A stretch of 64,000 nucleotides of DNA, taken from Candidatus Poribacteria bacterium (GTDB lineage Bacteria; Poribacteria; WGA-4E; PCPOR2b). The stretch covers positions 1,856,001 through 1,920,000 of the forward strand of contig OZ244587.1 of the NCBI GenBank assembly GCA_965218095.1, read 5' to 3'. The notes below the pieces were generated by a model, which saw only the letters and a program-made list of their open reading frames with translations, was not told the DNA's origin and made no database searches. A program made the position numbers and the translations under genes. Position 1 is the stretch's first letter. Each line of letters begins with the position of its first letter. Of this stretch, positions 1 to 11,815 are shown one piece after another.

Positions 1-1740
1 GAAAGATCTGTCCGACCTCAAGCGAGATCACGTCCTGCATTGCGTCGCTGTAGCGCAGGTAGTTGCGGCCGTCTTCGCGAATCAGTGCGACTCGTCCGTC
101 GTCCATCCACTTCGAGTCGAAATGCTCTCGGATAAATTCAAATATCGTTGGCTCGATGTCCACGCATTCGAGGCGATCGATGTCGTACATCAGAAAGCGA
201 CTCGCCGTTTGTCCAGTGCCGACGCCGACCACGAGAACGCTCCTGGGATTGGGATGTAAAAGCATCAATATGTGCGCAGCCATCACCTGCTGATTCTTAC
301 GGTCTGCGCCCTGCCACAACCGATCGATTTCGAGTGCGAGCGCGCCTTTGTTCCGGATGACCGCGAGGTTCGATCCGAACCCTTCGCGGAAGTCAACAAG
401 CCTCTCACGCTCACCAAGAAAGTCGGCAGGGATTCGAGTCCCTGCGGCGAGCGGAATCCCAATCCAGATGAGCAATGAGATGACGACAGCCGCCCCCCGA
501 AACAACGGAGAGAAGGTTCGATCGAGCCAGATCCAGGCGGAGAATCCGGTCGTCAGGCTCACACCTGTGATGAATAGGAGGCTAATCTTTAATCCGAACG
601 CGGGTAGGCCCACGAATCCAACCACAAGCGACCCAAGAATGCCTCCCAGGGTGTTAATCGCTGCCATCCGCTCTGTGCCGGTGCTTGCGTTCGATGCGTC
701 CCCGACGGCCATCCGCACCGCGAGGGGAAATGACGCGCCCGAAAGGACGGCGGCGGGCAGGAGCAAGATAAAGTAGAGCCCCAGTTCTCCTTCGACCCCT
801 CGCCAAATACTCCGAGACAGGGTCATCGGGGTTAGAACCGATAGCCCTGTGAGCATCTGGAGTGTGCCAAAATATCGGGCCCGCGCCGCCAATCGATCAA
901 AGAGGCGGGAGGCAAGCATGCTCCCGAGCACGATGCCGACCAGCACCACCGTCAGCGTCAACGTATAGGTGTAGACGGTATTGTGAATCAACAGCCCCAG
1001 ATAGCGTGTCCAGAGCACCTCGCCACCGAGGGCAACGAAGCCAACAGAAAAGAACAGTACCGAGATGAGCACCTGGCTGCCCGCGGGGGGCAATTGCGTC
1101 TCTCGGCGTGGGGTTTCAGGCGTCGCCGCTTTGACGGTCTGCAAGGATCCGACGGCTATCCCGCAAAGGATGTTCAGGCCGGCTCCAAGCCACACCGTGA
1201 GGCGGAGACCGATCGTCGGAAGCAGCACAAGTCCGGCGATGGCGCAGCCCAGTGCTGCTCCCAGCGTGTTCACGCTATAGAGCAAACCGACGGAACTAGC
1301 GATCCTTGAGTCGCTGACGACATACTAGCGGCAGAAGAGCGGGAGCGTTCCGCCCATGAGTATTGTTGGGGGCAGAACGACGAGCGAGACCAGAATGAAA
1401 CGCGCAAAGAATAAGGAGTGCGATGCGATCGGCAAAGGCCCGGTAGAGCTCTCCGTAGAGGTTATCCACGAGGTCGAACGCGTAAGGACTCACCAGAGCG
1501 AACAATCCGAGCACGAGCTCGATCAGCGCATAAAGCTTCAGCGGCCGCGCAGTCACCTGGCCAATGCGTCCGAAAAGATAACTCCCGCAGGCGAGCCCGA
1601 GGAAGAAGACCGCGAGGACTGTGCTGACGGCAAACGTCGTGGATCCGAAAATCAGAGAAGCCTTCCGCATCCACGACACCTCGTAGACCAATCCCGCGAA
1701 GCCAGAGAGGAAGAAGCAAATAATCGCGACGATGTTCTGG
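1..1740 (-). pseudogene. Fused MFS/spermidine synthase-like membrane protein, frameshifted near 1400, running off the window edge
   Basis: N-terminal FFLSGFAGLVYEVSW...FGSTTFAVSTVLAVF. A second frame gives TM helices, then SVLVVGVGTG and DGRNYL methyltransferase-fold motifs. No clear start codon. Confidence 0.8.
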
Positions 1741-2017
1741 GTACTGTAAGCCCCCTTCCAGGGCAGCGATGAATGTGCCTAGTGGTTGGAATTCAAAGTA
1801 TTACCCACATCTCGCCTTTCGTCTTTATTCTCCTTCAAAACTAGTAATCAAGTCCTTGCAGTATTTCATCGCAACCGGCAACAGTTCCGCTTCGCCAGGC
1901 GGCCCTAAGTGTTCAGGTTGCACCACGCCCCGGTAGCCGATGTCGTATAACCCCCGCATCACCTGCTCGATCTTCGCTATCCCCTTTCCCGGAAATACCT
2001 CTTACCTCAGGCAGCTC

Positions 2018-2845
2018 CTATCCATGAAAAACCTGCACTCGTTCGGCCTCTTTACCCGTCACCGTAGCGGGAGCAAGTGCACCCTTCCCGAAAATTACCG
2101 GAAACGTATCCCCCGTACGCACGGAGCGAGTTGCCGCATCCACATAGGTTGCGCTGAACGCTCGCCGGGGCACCAAAGTCGTGTTAACGCTCGAGCAGTG
2201 CAGCAAAAAGTTGTGCAGCAGAATGGTCTCTCCTGCCTCCGCTTCTAAGTCGATTACATCTTCGTCCCGGGCATATTTTGCCTGGTCTTCCTCCGAAGTG
2301 AAGTGCTTTTCGTTGAGAATGCCTAGATTATTGCTGCCCGGCACAATCTGCATACAACCACTGGCCACGGTAGCCGCATCGAGGGCAGTCCACACCGTGA
2401 TGATCGGATTGGTATCGATGCCCCAACCAACGCCGACATCCTGGTGCCAAGGCAACTCCGTCCCACGCGCGGCGGGTTTATTCATGAACATGGAGCGAAA
2501 AACCGAAACTTCTTCCCCGATGTAGCGGCGGGTAATCTGGCGGATGAGGGGATGCTGCATATAGGCGAGGAAAATCGGATCCTGTTCCAGGTCGTCAATG
2601 CGCCGATAGTTGAGGGTCGATTTTTCGTTTCCTATGGTACGCTTCCTCTTGGCCTCGGGATACTTGGGGTCAAGTTGAAAACGCATGTTATCGTAGCGAA
2701 TTCGGCCCAGCATAATATCGTCTATGCGCTGCTGCAGGGCGGCCAGTTCATCGGGTGACAGGAGTTTGCCTAAACGCAGGTAACCCTGTTCGATAAACTG
2801 CGCGTGGTGCCGGTCTTCAAACGAGAAAAGCGTTTCCGATCTCAT
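2018..2845 (-). CDS. PhyH-family Fe(II)/2-oxoglutarate dioxygenase
   Basis: EQGYL, WHQD, TVWTALD, GCMQIVPGS, distal His, RRA; AGGAG RBS upstream. Confidence 0.9.
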   Translation of the reverse strand: MRSETLFSFEDRHHAQFIEQGYLRLGKLLSPDELAALQQRIDDIMLGRIRYDNMRFQLDPKYPEAKRKRTIGNEKSTLNYRRIDDLEQDPIFLAYMQHPLIRQITRRYIGEEVSVFRSMFMNKPAARGTELPWHQDVGVGWGIDTNPIITVWTALDAATVASGCMQIVPGSNNLGILNEKHFTSEEDQAKYARDEDVIDLEAEAGETILLHNFLLHCSSVNTTLVPRRAFSATYVDAATRSVRTGDTFPVIFGKGALAPATVTGKEAERVQVFHG

Positions 2846-2899
2846 TTTGTCAATCTCCTTATGGGGGTGCTGACCAAAATCGTGTAAAAATGCACGAAT

Positions 2900-3515
2900 C
2901 TGGGTGTTACCCGAATGGCACTGACTTAAACCAAAAGTGGTAGATGGATGCCCGTCTTTTCTCGCTTTTTAAGGGGGAAAGAGAGAAATAAAACCGAGCG
3001 AACTCAAAACTCACATTATGAGTTGCCATCGGACGAGATGGAAGATTCTCCCCGGGCCACCTGCTCCCTTTCTCCCCCGCAAAAAATAGCGGACAAAACC
3101 TGTCAATGCTTGATTCTTCCTACAATAATCTCGTTAAGTCAGTGCCATTCCTTCATACTCTATTTTATTTCAGAAACCCACTAAACCATAGACGGCTTAA
3201 ATTGATACGAATAGGATAGAGTCATGTGGCTCCAATTATACCCATTTCCCCATCAATGTCAACGAAAAAATGTTGACGGAGGGAGTGAAATTTGTTAAAA
3301 TGCTTCACTACAAAATCCTCGTTATCAAGACGTTGGACAGCGCAAACATGACGACACATTGAGGAAAAATTTAGATGAAACTGGGCGATGACACAAAAGA
3401 CAATCATCAACGGATACAGAACTTATTCTTTTTAATCAAGCCGTGCATGCTCGCCTGAAGATAGTGGTCGTCCGCCCGGTTATATGGAGTATAGCAAAAT
3501 CAAGGTAACACCCAG
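2900..3515. mobile_element. Possible degenerate non-autonomous element with 12-bp terminal inverted repeats, enclosing the 2913-3150 MITE
   Basis: CTGGGTGTTACC at 2900-2911 and GGTAACACCCAG at 3504-3515; AT-rich interior with no convincing ORF. Confidence 0.45.
2913..3150. mobile_element. MITE with perfect 17-bp terminal inverted repeats (IS4-like ends)
   Basis: GAATGGCACTGACTTAA at 2913-2929 and TTAAGTCAGTGCCATTC at 3134-3150; no transposase inside. Confidence 0.7.
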
Positions 3516-3599
3516 TTCATCAGTTGCTTTCCAGGAACACAATACGCAAAAGTGTCCAAGATGTTAGCGAATAGTGCACACGCTCAGGGAGAATTACTC

Positions 3600-4274
3600 A
3601 TGAAAATAGTCAACGACGTTGAAGTTTTGACGACGATCCAGGAACTGGTCCATTCAGCTCATTCCGCGGTTCTCGTCATCGATATGCAGAACGGCGGTTT
3701 GAAAACACTTACCTACGAAGAACCCGGCTTTGAGAGGAGCGGCACTCAAGTTTCCAACTTGGCCGCCATCGTTCCAAACATCCAACGCCTGCTGATAGCG
3801 GCCAGGAATGCCGGTATATTCGTGGCCTACGCTGAATGGATCGACCGGTCGAAAGACGGAGTCCCTCTGGTGAACGGTCCCCACCTTTACTGCCACCGCG
3901 ACGACGTCGAGCCTCCCAACGTTATCGAAGACAGTTGGGAATCGCAGACGGTCGGAGAACTCGCGCCACAGCCCGGAGACTACGCCTTCCGCAAGAGTTG
4001 GTCCAGCGCTTTCCACCACACGGGGCTCGACGATGTTCTCAGAAGGCGCAACATCCGAAGCGTGATTACCGTGGGTTGCATCACTGGTGGCTGCGTCCTC
4101 AAAAGCGCGGTGGACGCCTCCCACCACAACTACTATCCTGTTCTCGTCAGAGACTGCGTCGGTTCTTACAACCAAGAGAGCCACGACCTGGCATTAAAAT
4201 GGCTCGAAACCAAGTTCCCTGTCTTTGACCGCGAGGAGATTGAGGCCACGTGGCTAAGATACGGCAAATGCTAA
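3600..4274 (+). CDS. Isochorismatase-family cysteine hydrolase
   Basis: AVLVIDMQN, K-SWSSAF, TVGCITGGCV (catalytic Cys), VRDCV. Confidence 0.88.
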   Translation: MKIVNDVEVLTTIQELVHSAHSAVLVIDMQNGGLKTLTYEEPGFERSGTQVSNLAAIVPNIQRLLIAARNAGIFVAYAEWIDRSKDGVPLVNGPHLYCHRDDVEPPNVIEDSWESQTVGELAPQPGDYAFRKSWSSAFHHTGLDDVLRRRNIRSVITVGCITGGCVLKSAVDASHHNYYPVLVRDCVGSYNQESHDLALKWLETKFPVFDREEIEATWLRYGKC

Positions 4275-4323
4275 GACCGACTTGGCACGCCTCACGCTCC
4301 GACGTCCCCCCCGGAGGCCACAC

Positions 4324-5106
4324 ATGATCACCAACGACCACATGCAGCAGTACCACGGTGAGGGCTATCTGTTGCTCAAGGACGTGGTGCCGCCGGTCCG
4401 CCTGCCCGAGGTTCGGGAAAGTTACGACCGGACCGTCCACGAGGCCCTGTGGCTCGACCTGGCGGATAAGAATCCGGAGACGGGCGGGATCAAAAAACAC
4501 CGCGCGCAAAACCCGCACCATCCCGCCCTCGTCCAGGGTCCGCTCATGGAAGTCCTGTGCGCCCCGGCGCTGGTTGATTTCTACCGGCGCCGGGGCGGAT
4601 CGGTGTTTGCTTTCTATAGTGCCGTACTCTTCGTCATGAGGGAGGACTACGACCACCCGGGTGCCTGGCACTGGGATTCGTATGGGCTGTGGGGCAAGGA
4701 CTCGGCCAAGGAGAAGGCAACCCGCACACTGCCGGTCTGCCCTTCTACCCAGATCCTCGTGGTGTTCGAGGACGACGACTGTTTCTGGTTCGTGCCAGGC
4801 TCGCACAACCGCGCCAACACGCCGGACGAGGAGGCACGGTTTGAACAAAACCTGATCGCTGCCACGGAGATCTTTCCCGGCGCCGTGCCGTTCGACTTTC
4901 GGGGCATCCACCGTGGCCTTAAGCCCCTGGGCCGCACGCGTCGTGCACTGTTCATGGTCTACGGCGTACCGGAGGAGATGCCGTACTCGAAGTACACCGA
5001 GTGGTCCGCGGATCCCGCCTTTGCGGACCCTTCCTATCTTGCCTCGCTGCCCGATCCCCTGCGCCAGTCGATCGAGCAGACCATCAAGGCATGCAAGAAC
5101 GCCTAG
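4324..5106 (+). CDS. PhyH-family dioxygenase (divergent)
   Basis: GEGYL, WHWD, FVPGSH, IHRG, RRAL; GGAGG RBS before ATG 4324. Confidence 0.8.
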   Translation: MITNDHMQQYHGEGYLLLKDVVPPVRLPEVRESYDRTVHEALWLDLADKNPETGGIKKHRAQNPHHPALVQGPLMEVLCAPALVDFYRRRGGSVFAFYSAVLFVMREDYDHPGAWHWDSYGLWGKDSAKEKATRTLPVCPSTQILVVFEDDDCFWFVPGSHNRANTPDEEARFEQNLIAATEIFPGAVPFDFRGIHRGLKPLGRTRRALFMVYGVPEEMPYSKYTEWSADPAFADPSYLASLPDPLRQSIEQTIKACKNA

Positions 5107-5521
5107 TTTAAGTCATTGTGCAGTTTAAAGGTCAGAAGGCTTATATCGCGTACGTCAAACTCGTGCCTATGAACGCGGCGGAAGCTGTCGAGTTGAAGAA
5201 GCAACGTCAATGCAAACGGAGGCGAGTATTATATCGGACTCAGTGTTTTCCGTACATCCTCTACTTTGTCGACGAAGGGGTTTATCGACTCGAATCCTCT
5301 CCGCCTCGGGGGCTGTCGGTCCCCGTTAACCTGTTGGCGGGCAGCTATGCGGCCGATTCGATCCGTGGCGAGGTGAAACCGCCCGTCTGCCGACGCTTGA
5401 AAGCGACGGTACGGCTTCTCTGCTCATTCCCAAATTCAGTGAGGATATGGCCGTCTTGCTTGATCGCGCGGGTTAATTCGCTAATTGACCGCCCGGCACG
5501 ATGGGGGGCTTTGACGATATA

Positions 5522-5563
5522 AAAATGGCTTAAACCCCTATGCTAACTGGATTTGAGCCATTT
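5522..5563. terminator. Stem-loop between convergent genes (possible bidirectional terminator)
   Basis: AAAATGGCTTAAA ... TTTGAGCCATTTT inverted repeat. Confidence 0.4.
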
Positions 5564-5696
5564 TGCTGTACGATAACGAGTAAGTCCACATCACTGTCGA
5601 ATTTGTTGTTTCCTCCCACCCACGAACCAAATAGAATAATGCCCAAGGCCCGTTTTCACATCCGTGAAATCGGGAGACTCTCAAAGTCGCAGGTCT

Positions 5697-6743
5697 TCAG
5701 ATTGTAAAGAAGAAGGTTTCAGAACGCATTGTCGCCAAGCCGATTTGGGAGAATCCGCCTCGCCCGCGGCCCCCAAGACGCTTATCCGCCACAGCCCGCG
5801 GCTCACCGCTGCTGCGCCCTTCGTACCATATGTAGTACACATCGTCGACTTTGATCGTTGTGCCATACCAAATTCCACAGTCATCCCACTCACCCTCGGC
5901 GCCCCGCTCAAAGATGGGATTCCCCTCATATTTCGTCCAATGGATCAGGTCATGTGACGCAGCTACACCGAAGTACCACGGGGTGTCCTCGTGCCGGTCG
6001 CTGCCAGCGTAGACCATGTACCAGATGCCCTTATCGCGGAAGATGCGGTGCGTGGTCACGGATAGGCTTTCCCAGCTCCCCGGTGGACCAACGGTCAAAA
6101 CCATCTGGCGTTGGATATGGTCAAAACGGCAGGGATCAGGCGAGCGCACCAGGAAGATGTCGGTGCCGCCGCGTTCGTTGTACCCAGAGTAGAAAAGCCA
6201 GTACTCACCGGCGTGAAAGATAACTTCCGGGGCGGCGGCAAACGCCGGTATAACCGGCTCAGTCGCCCAACGCCGAAAGCTCAACCCATCATCCGACACC
6301 GCCAGGGCAATGCTTTTGGCCGCGTGCCCCCACGAACCGCCTCTACCTGTTTTCGTGGTGCTTTCGGACGCGCGTCGAGGCATCGGAACCGCTGTGTAGT
6401 ATAGCAAGAATGCCCCATCAACGATCAGCACGGAGGGGTCAATGGCGCCCATGTCGTCAATGCTGCCCGGCTCGCCGGGCACCGTGACCGGATTGCCGGG
6501 ATATTCGCGCCAAGTGACCCCGTCAAACGCGTCAACTGGGCAGGTAAGCAAGCCGATATACGCCTTGACGATGCCATTTTCATCTTTGCATTGACCGCGA
6601 AAGTAGAGACGCCATTCGTCCTGCCATTGCACGATATCTACATTGGCTGTCACATTGTCTCGCCAAGTGTTGGGTACAACTGGAATGGTTGGGTTCGCTG
6701 GATGCCGCTTTAGAAAACCTTCTGACATGTTTTTAGCCTCCAT
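5697..6743 (-). CDS. Five-bladed beta-propeller glycosidase-like protein (GH130/GH43/GH32-like)
   Basis: Repeated blades: DPSV..LLYY, LAVSDDG, ASHDLIHWTKYEGNPIF, WDD. Confidence 0.75.
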   Translation of the reverse strand: MEAKNMSEGFLKRHPANPTIPVVPNTWRDNVTANVDIVQWQDEWRLYFRGQCKDENGIVKAYIGLLTCPVDAFDGVTWREYPGNPVTVPGEPGSIDDMGAIDPSVLIVDGAFLLYYTAVPMPRRASESTTKTGRGGSWGHAAKSIALAVSDDGLSFRRWATEPVIPAFAAAPEVIFHAGEYWLFYSGYNERGGTDIFLVRSPDPCRFDHIQRQMVLTVGPPGSWESLSVTTHRIFRDKGIWYMVYAGSDRHEDTPWYFGVAASHDLIHWTKYEGNPIFERGAEGEWDDCGIWYGTTIKVDDVYYIWYEGRSSGEPRAVADKRLGGRGRGGFSQIGLATMRSETFFFTI

Positions 6744-7683
6744 TTCCCTCTTCTATCTTGCGGATAAGCGCCTTGAGGTTCGCATAATTCGTGCGCATTG
6801 CTTCTTCATGTGAGCCGCCGGGCGGAAGAAAGTGAGTTGCGACTGCGAGAACGGCGTTACAGTGGTAGTCGCGCAGATTTCGCAGAATCGTCTGATAATC
6901 GACATCACCGGCGCCGATCGGCCGGTACTCAAATTTGAGGTGAAGCCCATCAAGTACATGCAGATCTTTCAGGTGGAGCCCATGTAGATAAGGCTTCATG
7001 TTATAAAATCCCGCTGTCGCTACATCCCACTCACCGCAGTTCAGGTTGTCGGCCGGCCCCCACAAAGCCTTGATCCGTCTGGAGTTCAGGCGTTCGGCGA
7101 GACGGCGCAAATTGCCGGTCGTATTGGTATAGTTCCAAGGCTCCATGGTGAGGATAACATCAACGTCGTAGCGCTCCGCCTGCTCCACCACCATGGAGAA
7201 AGCTTTAACCAGCTTTTCCATGTCGATATCAGCGATGGCACCGCCCCGCGTTAGCCATCGCATCGGCCAGGTGGGTTTGCCCGCGGTGTACTCGCCAGGC
7301 CAAGCGAAAGTGTGGGCGCAAACCGCACTTACACCCAGTCGGGCGGCGATCTGCATCGAGCGAATCAGGTCGTTTAGCTCCTTGCGAAAGTCTGGGTGCT
7401 CCCCCATCGTCTCCAAAGAAAGATTGCTCAAATGAATCTGCTTGAAGGGATTGCCCGCGCTGATGAGGAACAGCTTTAGATTGTGTCGGGCGACGCGTTC
7501 AGCCATGCGATCCACCTCAATGTCGCTCATCTGGGCAATGGGCGGTTCATTGAGCAGGCGATTAAACCAGACATATTCCGCCCCGATCTCTTTAGCCGTT
7601 GCTAACGCATCATCAAAGGGCAGATGTAATTCTGGGAGGTACATACCAAGTTTGAATCGATAGTCGGTCATTTGTCGTGACAT
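6733..7683 (-). CDS. Sugar phosphate isomerase/epimerase (xylose isomerase-like TIM barrel)
   Basis: LTMEP, HLKD, IGAGDVDY motifs; stop overlaps the next gene's start. Confidence 0.8.
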   Translation of the reverse strand: MSRQMTDYRFKLGMYLPELHLPFDDALATAKEIGAEYVWFNRLLNEPPIAQMSDIEVDRMAERVARHNLKLFLISAGNPFKQIHLSNLSLETMGEHPDFRKELNDLIRSMQIAARLGVSAVCAHTFAWPGEYTAGKPTWPMRWLTRGGAIADIDMEKLVKAFSMVVEQAERYDVDVILTMEPWNYTNTTGNLRRLAERLNSRRIKALWGPADNLNCGEWDVATAGFYNMKPYLHGLHLKDLHVLDGLHLKFEYRPIGAGDVDYQTILRNLRDYHCNAVLAVATHFLPPGGSHEEAMRTNYANLKALIRKIEEGNGG

Positions 7684-7790
7684 TTTCCTCTCTCAACAGA
7701 AAGGCTCACTGTTGTCTGGTTATTTGTCTGTTTTTTTCGATTGCAATTATAACTCTACATTGTATCCTTATGTATTCTTAACGACTTGTG

Positions 7791-8608
7791 CTAGGTTCTG
7801 TTGACATTTGAGTATAAGGTTGTGGCATAATAGAAGAATGACGCCAATAACCTTACCTGATGAACAATGGAATAAGATATACCGGTTTCTTCTTAGCTGT
7901 CCCACCATCTATGTTGGCGACGAAGCTGTCCTGTGGGTGACTCGTAGCGGGGCTCAATGGAGACTTCTACCAGACACCTATGGCAAATGGAACACCCGCT
8001 ACAAGCGGTTTGCTCGATGGTGCGACAAAGGTATCTTCACACAGATGCACCCCCACTTTGCCTCTGACCCCGATATCGAGTCGCTTATTGTGGACAGTAC
8101 CATCTCCCGTCTGCGGCGGGTTGCGGCGGGTGCCTTAAAAAGCTGGCGCCTTAAAAAAAACGGTGGCACTGAAAACCAAGCATTAGGTCGGTCTCGGGGC
8201 GGTTTCAGTACAAAAATTCACATCACCGTTGACGGACTAGGCAATCCCCTAAGAATTCATCTGACACCCGGTCAGAGACATGACATAACTGAGGCGGAAG
8301 GGTTGATAATCGGATATAACAGTGAATATGTGATTGGAGACAAGGGGTACGATTCGGACGCTTTTATCGCGGTTATTGAGGCGAATGGAGCGATTGCGGT
8401 GATACCGCCAAAAAGTCATCGTGTTAACCAAAGAACGTATGACAAACACTTATACAAAGAGAGACATCGGGTTGAATGTTTCATCAACAAGATAAAATGG
8501 TATCGCCGCATCTTCTCTCGGTTTGAGAAGCTAGCTGTCCGTTATTTTGGATTTCTCAGCTTTGTCTCCACTCTTATATGGCTCCCTTGAAATGTCAACA
8601 GAACCTAG
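7791..8608 (+). mobile_element. IS5-family (IS427-like) element, copy 1; transposase 7838-8590 with a 24-bp in-frame deletion
   Basis: TIR GGTTCTGTTGACATTT / AAATGTCAACAGAACC with CTAG at both ends; [28 protein letters not shown]. Confidence 0.95.
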
Positions 8609-8647
8609 CACAAGTCGTTAATTATTAAAAAGTAATGACTGTAGAGA

Positions 8648-9437
8648 TTAGGTTCTGTTGACATTTCATCGTAACCAGATAATCGCAGCAACGAAACTCA
8701 GAAACCCCAAATAGCGACCCGCCAACTTATCAAAACGACTGAAGATACGCCTATAGTGCTTGATTTTGTTGATGAAGCATTCCACCCGATGTCTCTCTCG
8801 GTACAGATGCGTATCATAGTCTCGTGACTCACGGCGGTTGATACGGGGACGAATCACTAGCTCTGCACCCATACGGGTTATCAACTGCACCAATGAATCC
8901 GCGTCATACGCTGAGTCGGCTATCACATACTCACTGCTATACCCTTCTGCACAAGTCATGGCGTGGCGTTGTCTAGCCGTCAGCGCAAAACGTAATGGAT
9001 TGCCTAAGCCATCAACCGTGATGTGAATTTTGGTTGAAAATCCACCCGCATTACGTCCGAGTGCCTGTGAGGCTTGACCGCCACTTGTTTTCAAACCCCC
9101 TGCAGCACAGGGGTGAGCGCGGCAGATGGTACTGTCACCATATCTGGGTCGTTGACAAAGTGTTGATGCAGCCGTTGGAAGATGCCTCTATCGCACCAGC
9201 AAGCAAATCGTTTATAGACGCTGTTCCAACTGCCGTACTCTTTTGGTAGGAGTCGCCATTGACTACCACTACGAGTTATCCAAAGCACTGCTTGGACAAA
9301 ACGTTTTAAGTTCGCTTGCTGTCCGGTGTAGACATCGGAACAGGTTTGCAGGAATGCTGCTATTTTTGACCATTGATTATCGGATAAGGTAAGTGTTGAC
9401 ATATCGTTATTATGCCATAAATGTCAACACGTCCTAT
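8648..9437 (-). mobile_element. Second, diverged IS5-family element with split transposase (9091-9402 and 8666-9094)
   Basis: Same TIR at 8651 and variant AAATGTCAACACGTCC at about 9419-9434; [24 protein letters not shown]; small internal deletions. Confidence 0.9.
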
Positions 9438-9514
9438 ACAAATGAGCCGCTCCGAAAGCCAGTGGGCGTGAATTTCCTTGAGTAAATTCCTTTCTGGCTT
9501 GGTTTTCTGCGTCC

Positions 9515-10290
9515 TTATTCAAACGTCGCTGGTCGCAGTTGCGCGGACATCCCACCATCCACATAGAGAACTTGGCCAGTCACAAACGTGGCCTCGTCGC
9601 TGGCGAAATAGAGGATTGCACTGGCAATGTCCGCCGGTTCACCCAATCGCTCCAGGGGCACCATTTACACGCTTGTGCGATTTTCTCTTCGCTTCCGATA
9701 ACAGATGACCAAGCTGGCGTGATAATCGATACGGGCCCAACCGCGTTGATCCTTATATTCCACGGGGCAAGGTCGAGGGCCATCGCCCGCGTCGCCGCCT
9801 CTAAGCCACCCTTGCTGGCGTCGTAGGCAACCATCTTGCGGTGGGCTTGGCTCGCAGCCACACTGCTGATGTTGACGATGGCGCCAGGCTTTTCCTGTTC
9901 CACCATCAGCCACGCTGCCTGCTGAGAACACATAAACATGCTTTTGAGGTTGTTCGCCAACACCGTATCCCAAAATTCCTCCGTCATGTCCAAGAAGTGG
10001 GCTACGGGTGTGCTCCAGGCCGCGTTGTTTACCAAGATGTCCACCGTGCCGAATACTGCCTGTGTCTTTTCGAAAAGTTGAGTCACTTCGTCCGACAGGC
10101 TCACGTCTGCGAGCACCGCCAGCACCCGACTGCCGAGTGCCTGCAGCGATTGTTCGGCTTCACCTAACGTGGCCTCATCGCGATCATTAACGACAACTGT
10201 CGCACCCTCTTGCGCAAACCGCTCGGCGATTCCACGGCCAATGCCCTGCCCCGATCCGGTTACGATGGCAACTTTGTCTTTCAAGCACAT
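9515..10290 (-). pseudogene. SDR-family (FabG-like) oxidoreductase, frameshifted near 9665
   Basis: TGSGQGIG, LVNNA, YDASK. The C-terminus [20 protein letters not shown] lies in another frame ending TAA at 9515. Confidence 0.85.
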
Positions 10291-10329
10291 GATTCTTTTC
10301 CTCTGACTTTGAGCTTGTTGTGAATATGG

Positions 10330-11649
10330 CTAATCTAGCTGGAAGAATGTGCCTGCAATATGGCGCACGACCGCGTATTCCGGCACGGGCTCATCTCCGT
10401 CCTTGCTCGTGAAGTAATACGCCACAAAGAAACGTCCGTTCTCCAGCTCTGTCATGACCGGGTAGCCGCAATCCCAGGTGTAGGCGTCACCACGTAAAAC
10501 AAACTCGTCACTCCAGGTCTCTCCCAGATCGTCGCTGACCACGCCGAGAATACCCCGGCCGCCTCTCGCAGGATACTCGCGCCGGGCGAAAACGATGATA
10601 ATCCGCCCGTCCCGGGTCACCCGTGCACAGGGAGATCGATAGCGGGGACCGCTGCGATCACCGGGGGCGTGATCCGGTTCGGGGCCGGTCAGGGGACAAG
10701 CGTAAGTGCCAGGACTGATGATGGGGCGCGGTGCCGACCAGTTCATTCCTTCGTCTTCGGAGAACACCACATAGGGATGGTTTTCGGGCATGCGGTGCAT
10801 GCTGCAAAGCAGCCGCCCATCGGGAAGGCGGTGCACCCCCGAATAGGTATAGCCATGACTATGATCTGGCGTCGCGCCGTGGGCGATCTCGCTGACAAAC
10901 TCTCAAGAAAGACCATTATCATAACTGGCATAGAAACAGGTAACGTTGCGATTATTGGTGGTACCAACGATGCCGAGAACACCGTTGTCAAGGTGCACAT
11001 GGCCGAGGTTGACGGTAAGGAACCCGCCCTCGGGTGCCCAGCTTGGCCCATCAATAAGCGTAGCGTGACTCTCCCAGGTGCGACCCCGATCTCTGCTCCG
11101 CAAACAAAATGCAGGCATGAAATAAGACTTCCGCCGACCGAGGTGAAAGGTCTTGTCCGGGTCGAGGCTGGGGTGGTCGTCAATGTCGCAGCCACCTAAG
11201 GGCCATTTGAGGTGCTCCCCCGCTGGACTGAAGTGCATAATGGCATCCGGATCCGAAAGATTGATCTGTTCGCGCTCTCCTGGGTCTACCGGCTGCAGCC
11301 AATCTAGAATTTCCCCTAGCGGCCTGTCGTTGTTCCAGATCCAGTGCTTCTCACTCTCAGGCCACGTTTTCCCATTGTCGAAAGAGCGATTGATCATGAT
11401 GCCTGATGTCTGCCCATACGGCATTTGCGAAAAATTATGCGCACCGATTGCCTGCCAGTCGGGCGTCTGGTAGTCTATCGTCTTCACCCGGTGCGCCACG
11501 GCGATCTCGCCATCGTCGAAGTTCCAGATGCCCCCTCGGTTGGGGTGGCCGGCATACGTGTTCTCATCGTAGAAGACGCAAACGTGCTGGACATCGTGCA
11601 CCTGAACTTTCTTTGCGCCAACTCTTTTTCTCGAAACGTTATGTGCCAT
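10330..11649 (-). pseudogene. Asp-box/BNR (sialidase-like) protein, paralog A, with one in-frame TGA at 10903
   Basis: SFDNGKTW, SRDRGRTW, SEDEGMNW, SDDLGETW; one reading frame interrupted only at SYDNGLS*. Confidence 0.85.
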
Positions 11650-11815
11650 CTTCGTTTGTTCCTTTCTTGACTGGGGTTTCCAGTTACCCACTATCACATT
11701 TCGGAATTCACCGACAATACCATTCTTGCTACTATCTGTAGTGGTCAAAAAGATAGTAGACACCCGAGCGGCGTGTGTGTCGATCATCATGTTGACTAAT
11801 ACAATTCTTGCTATA

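Noticed and set aside
63-1772. Plus-strand ORFs here, and similar antisense ORFs such as 4147-4911, 15538-16350 and 43421-44272
   Set aside because: Shadows of recognisable genes on the opposite strand, with no motifs of their own.
5118-5522. 134-aa ORF after the PhyH gene
   Set aside because: No RBS or family motif; cannot be supported as a gene.
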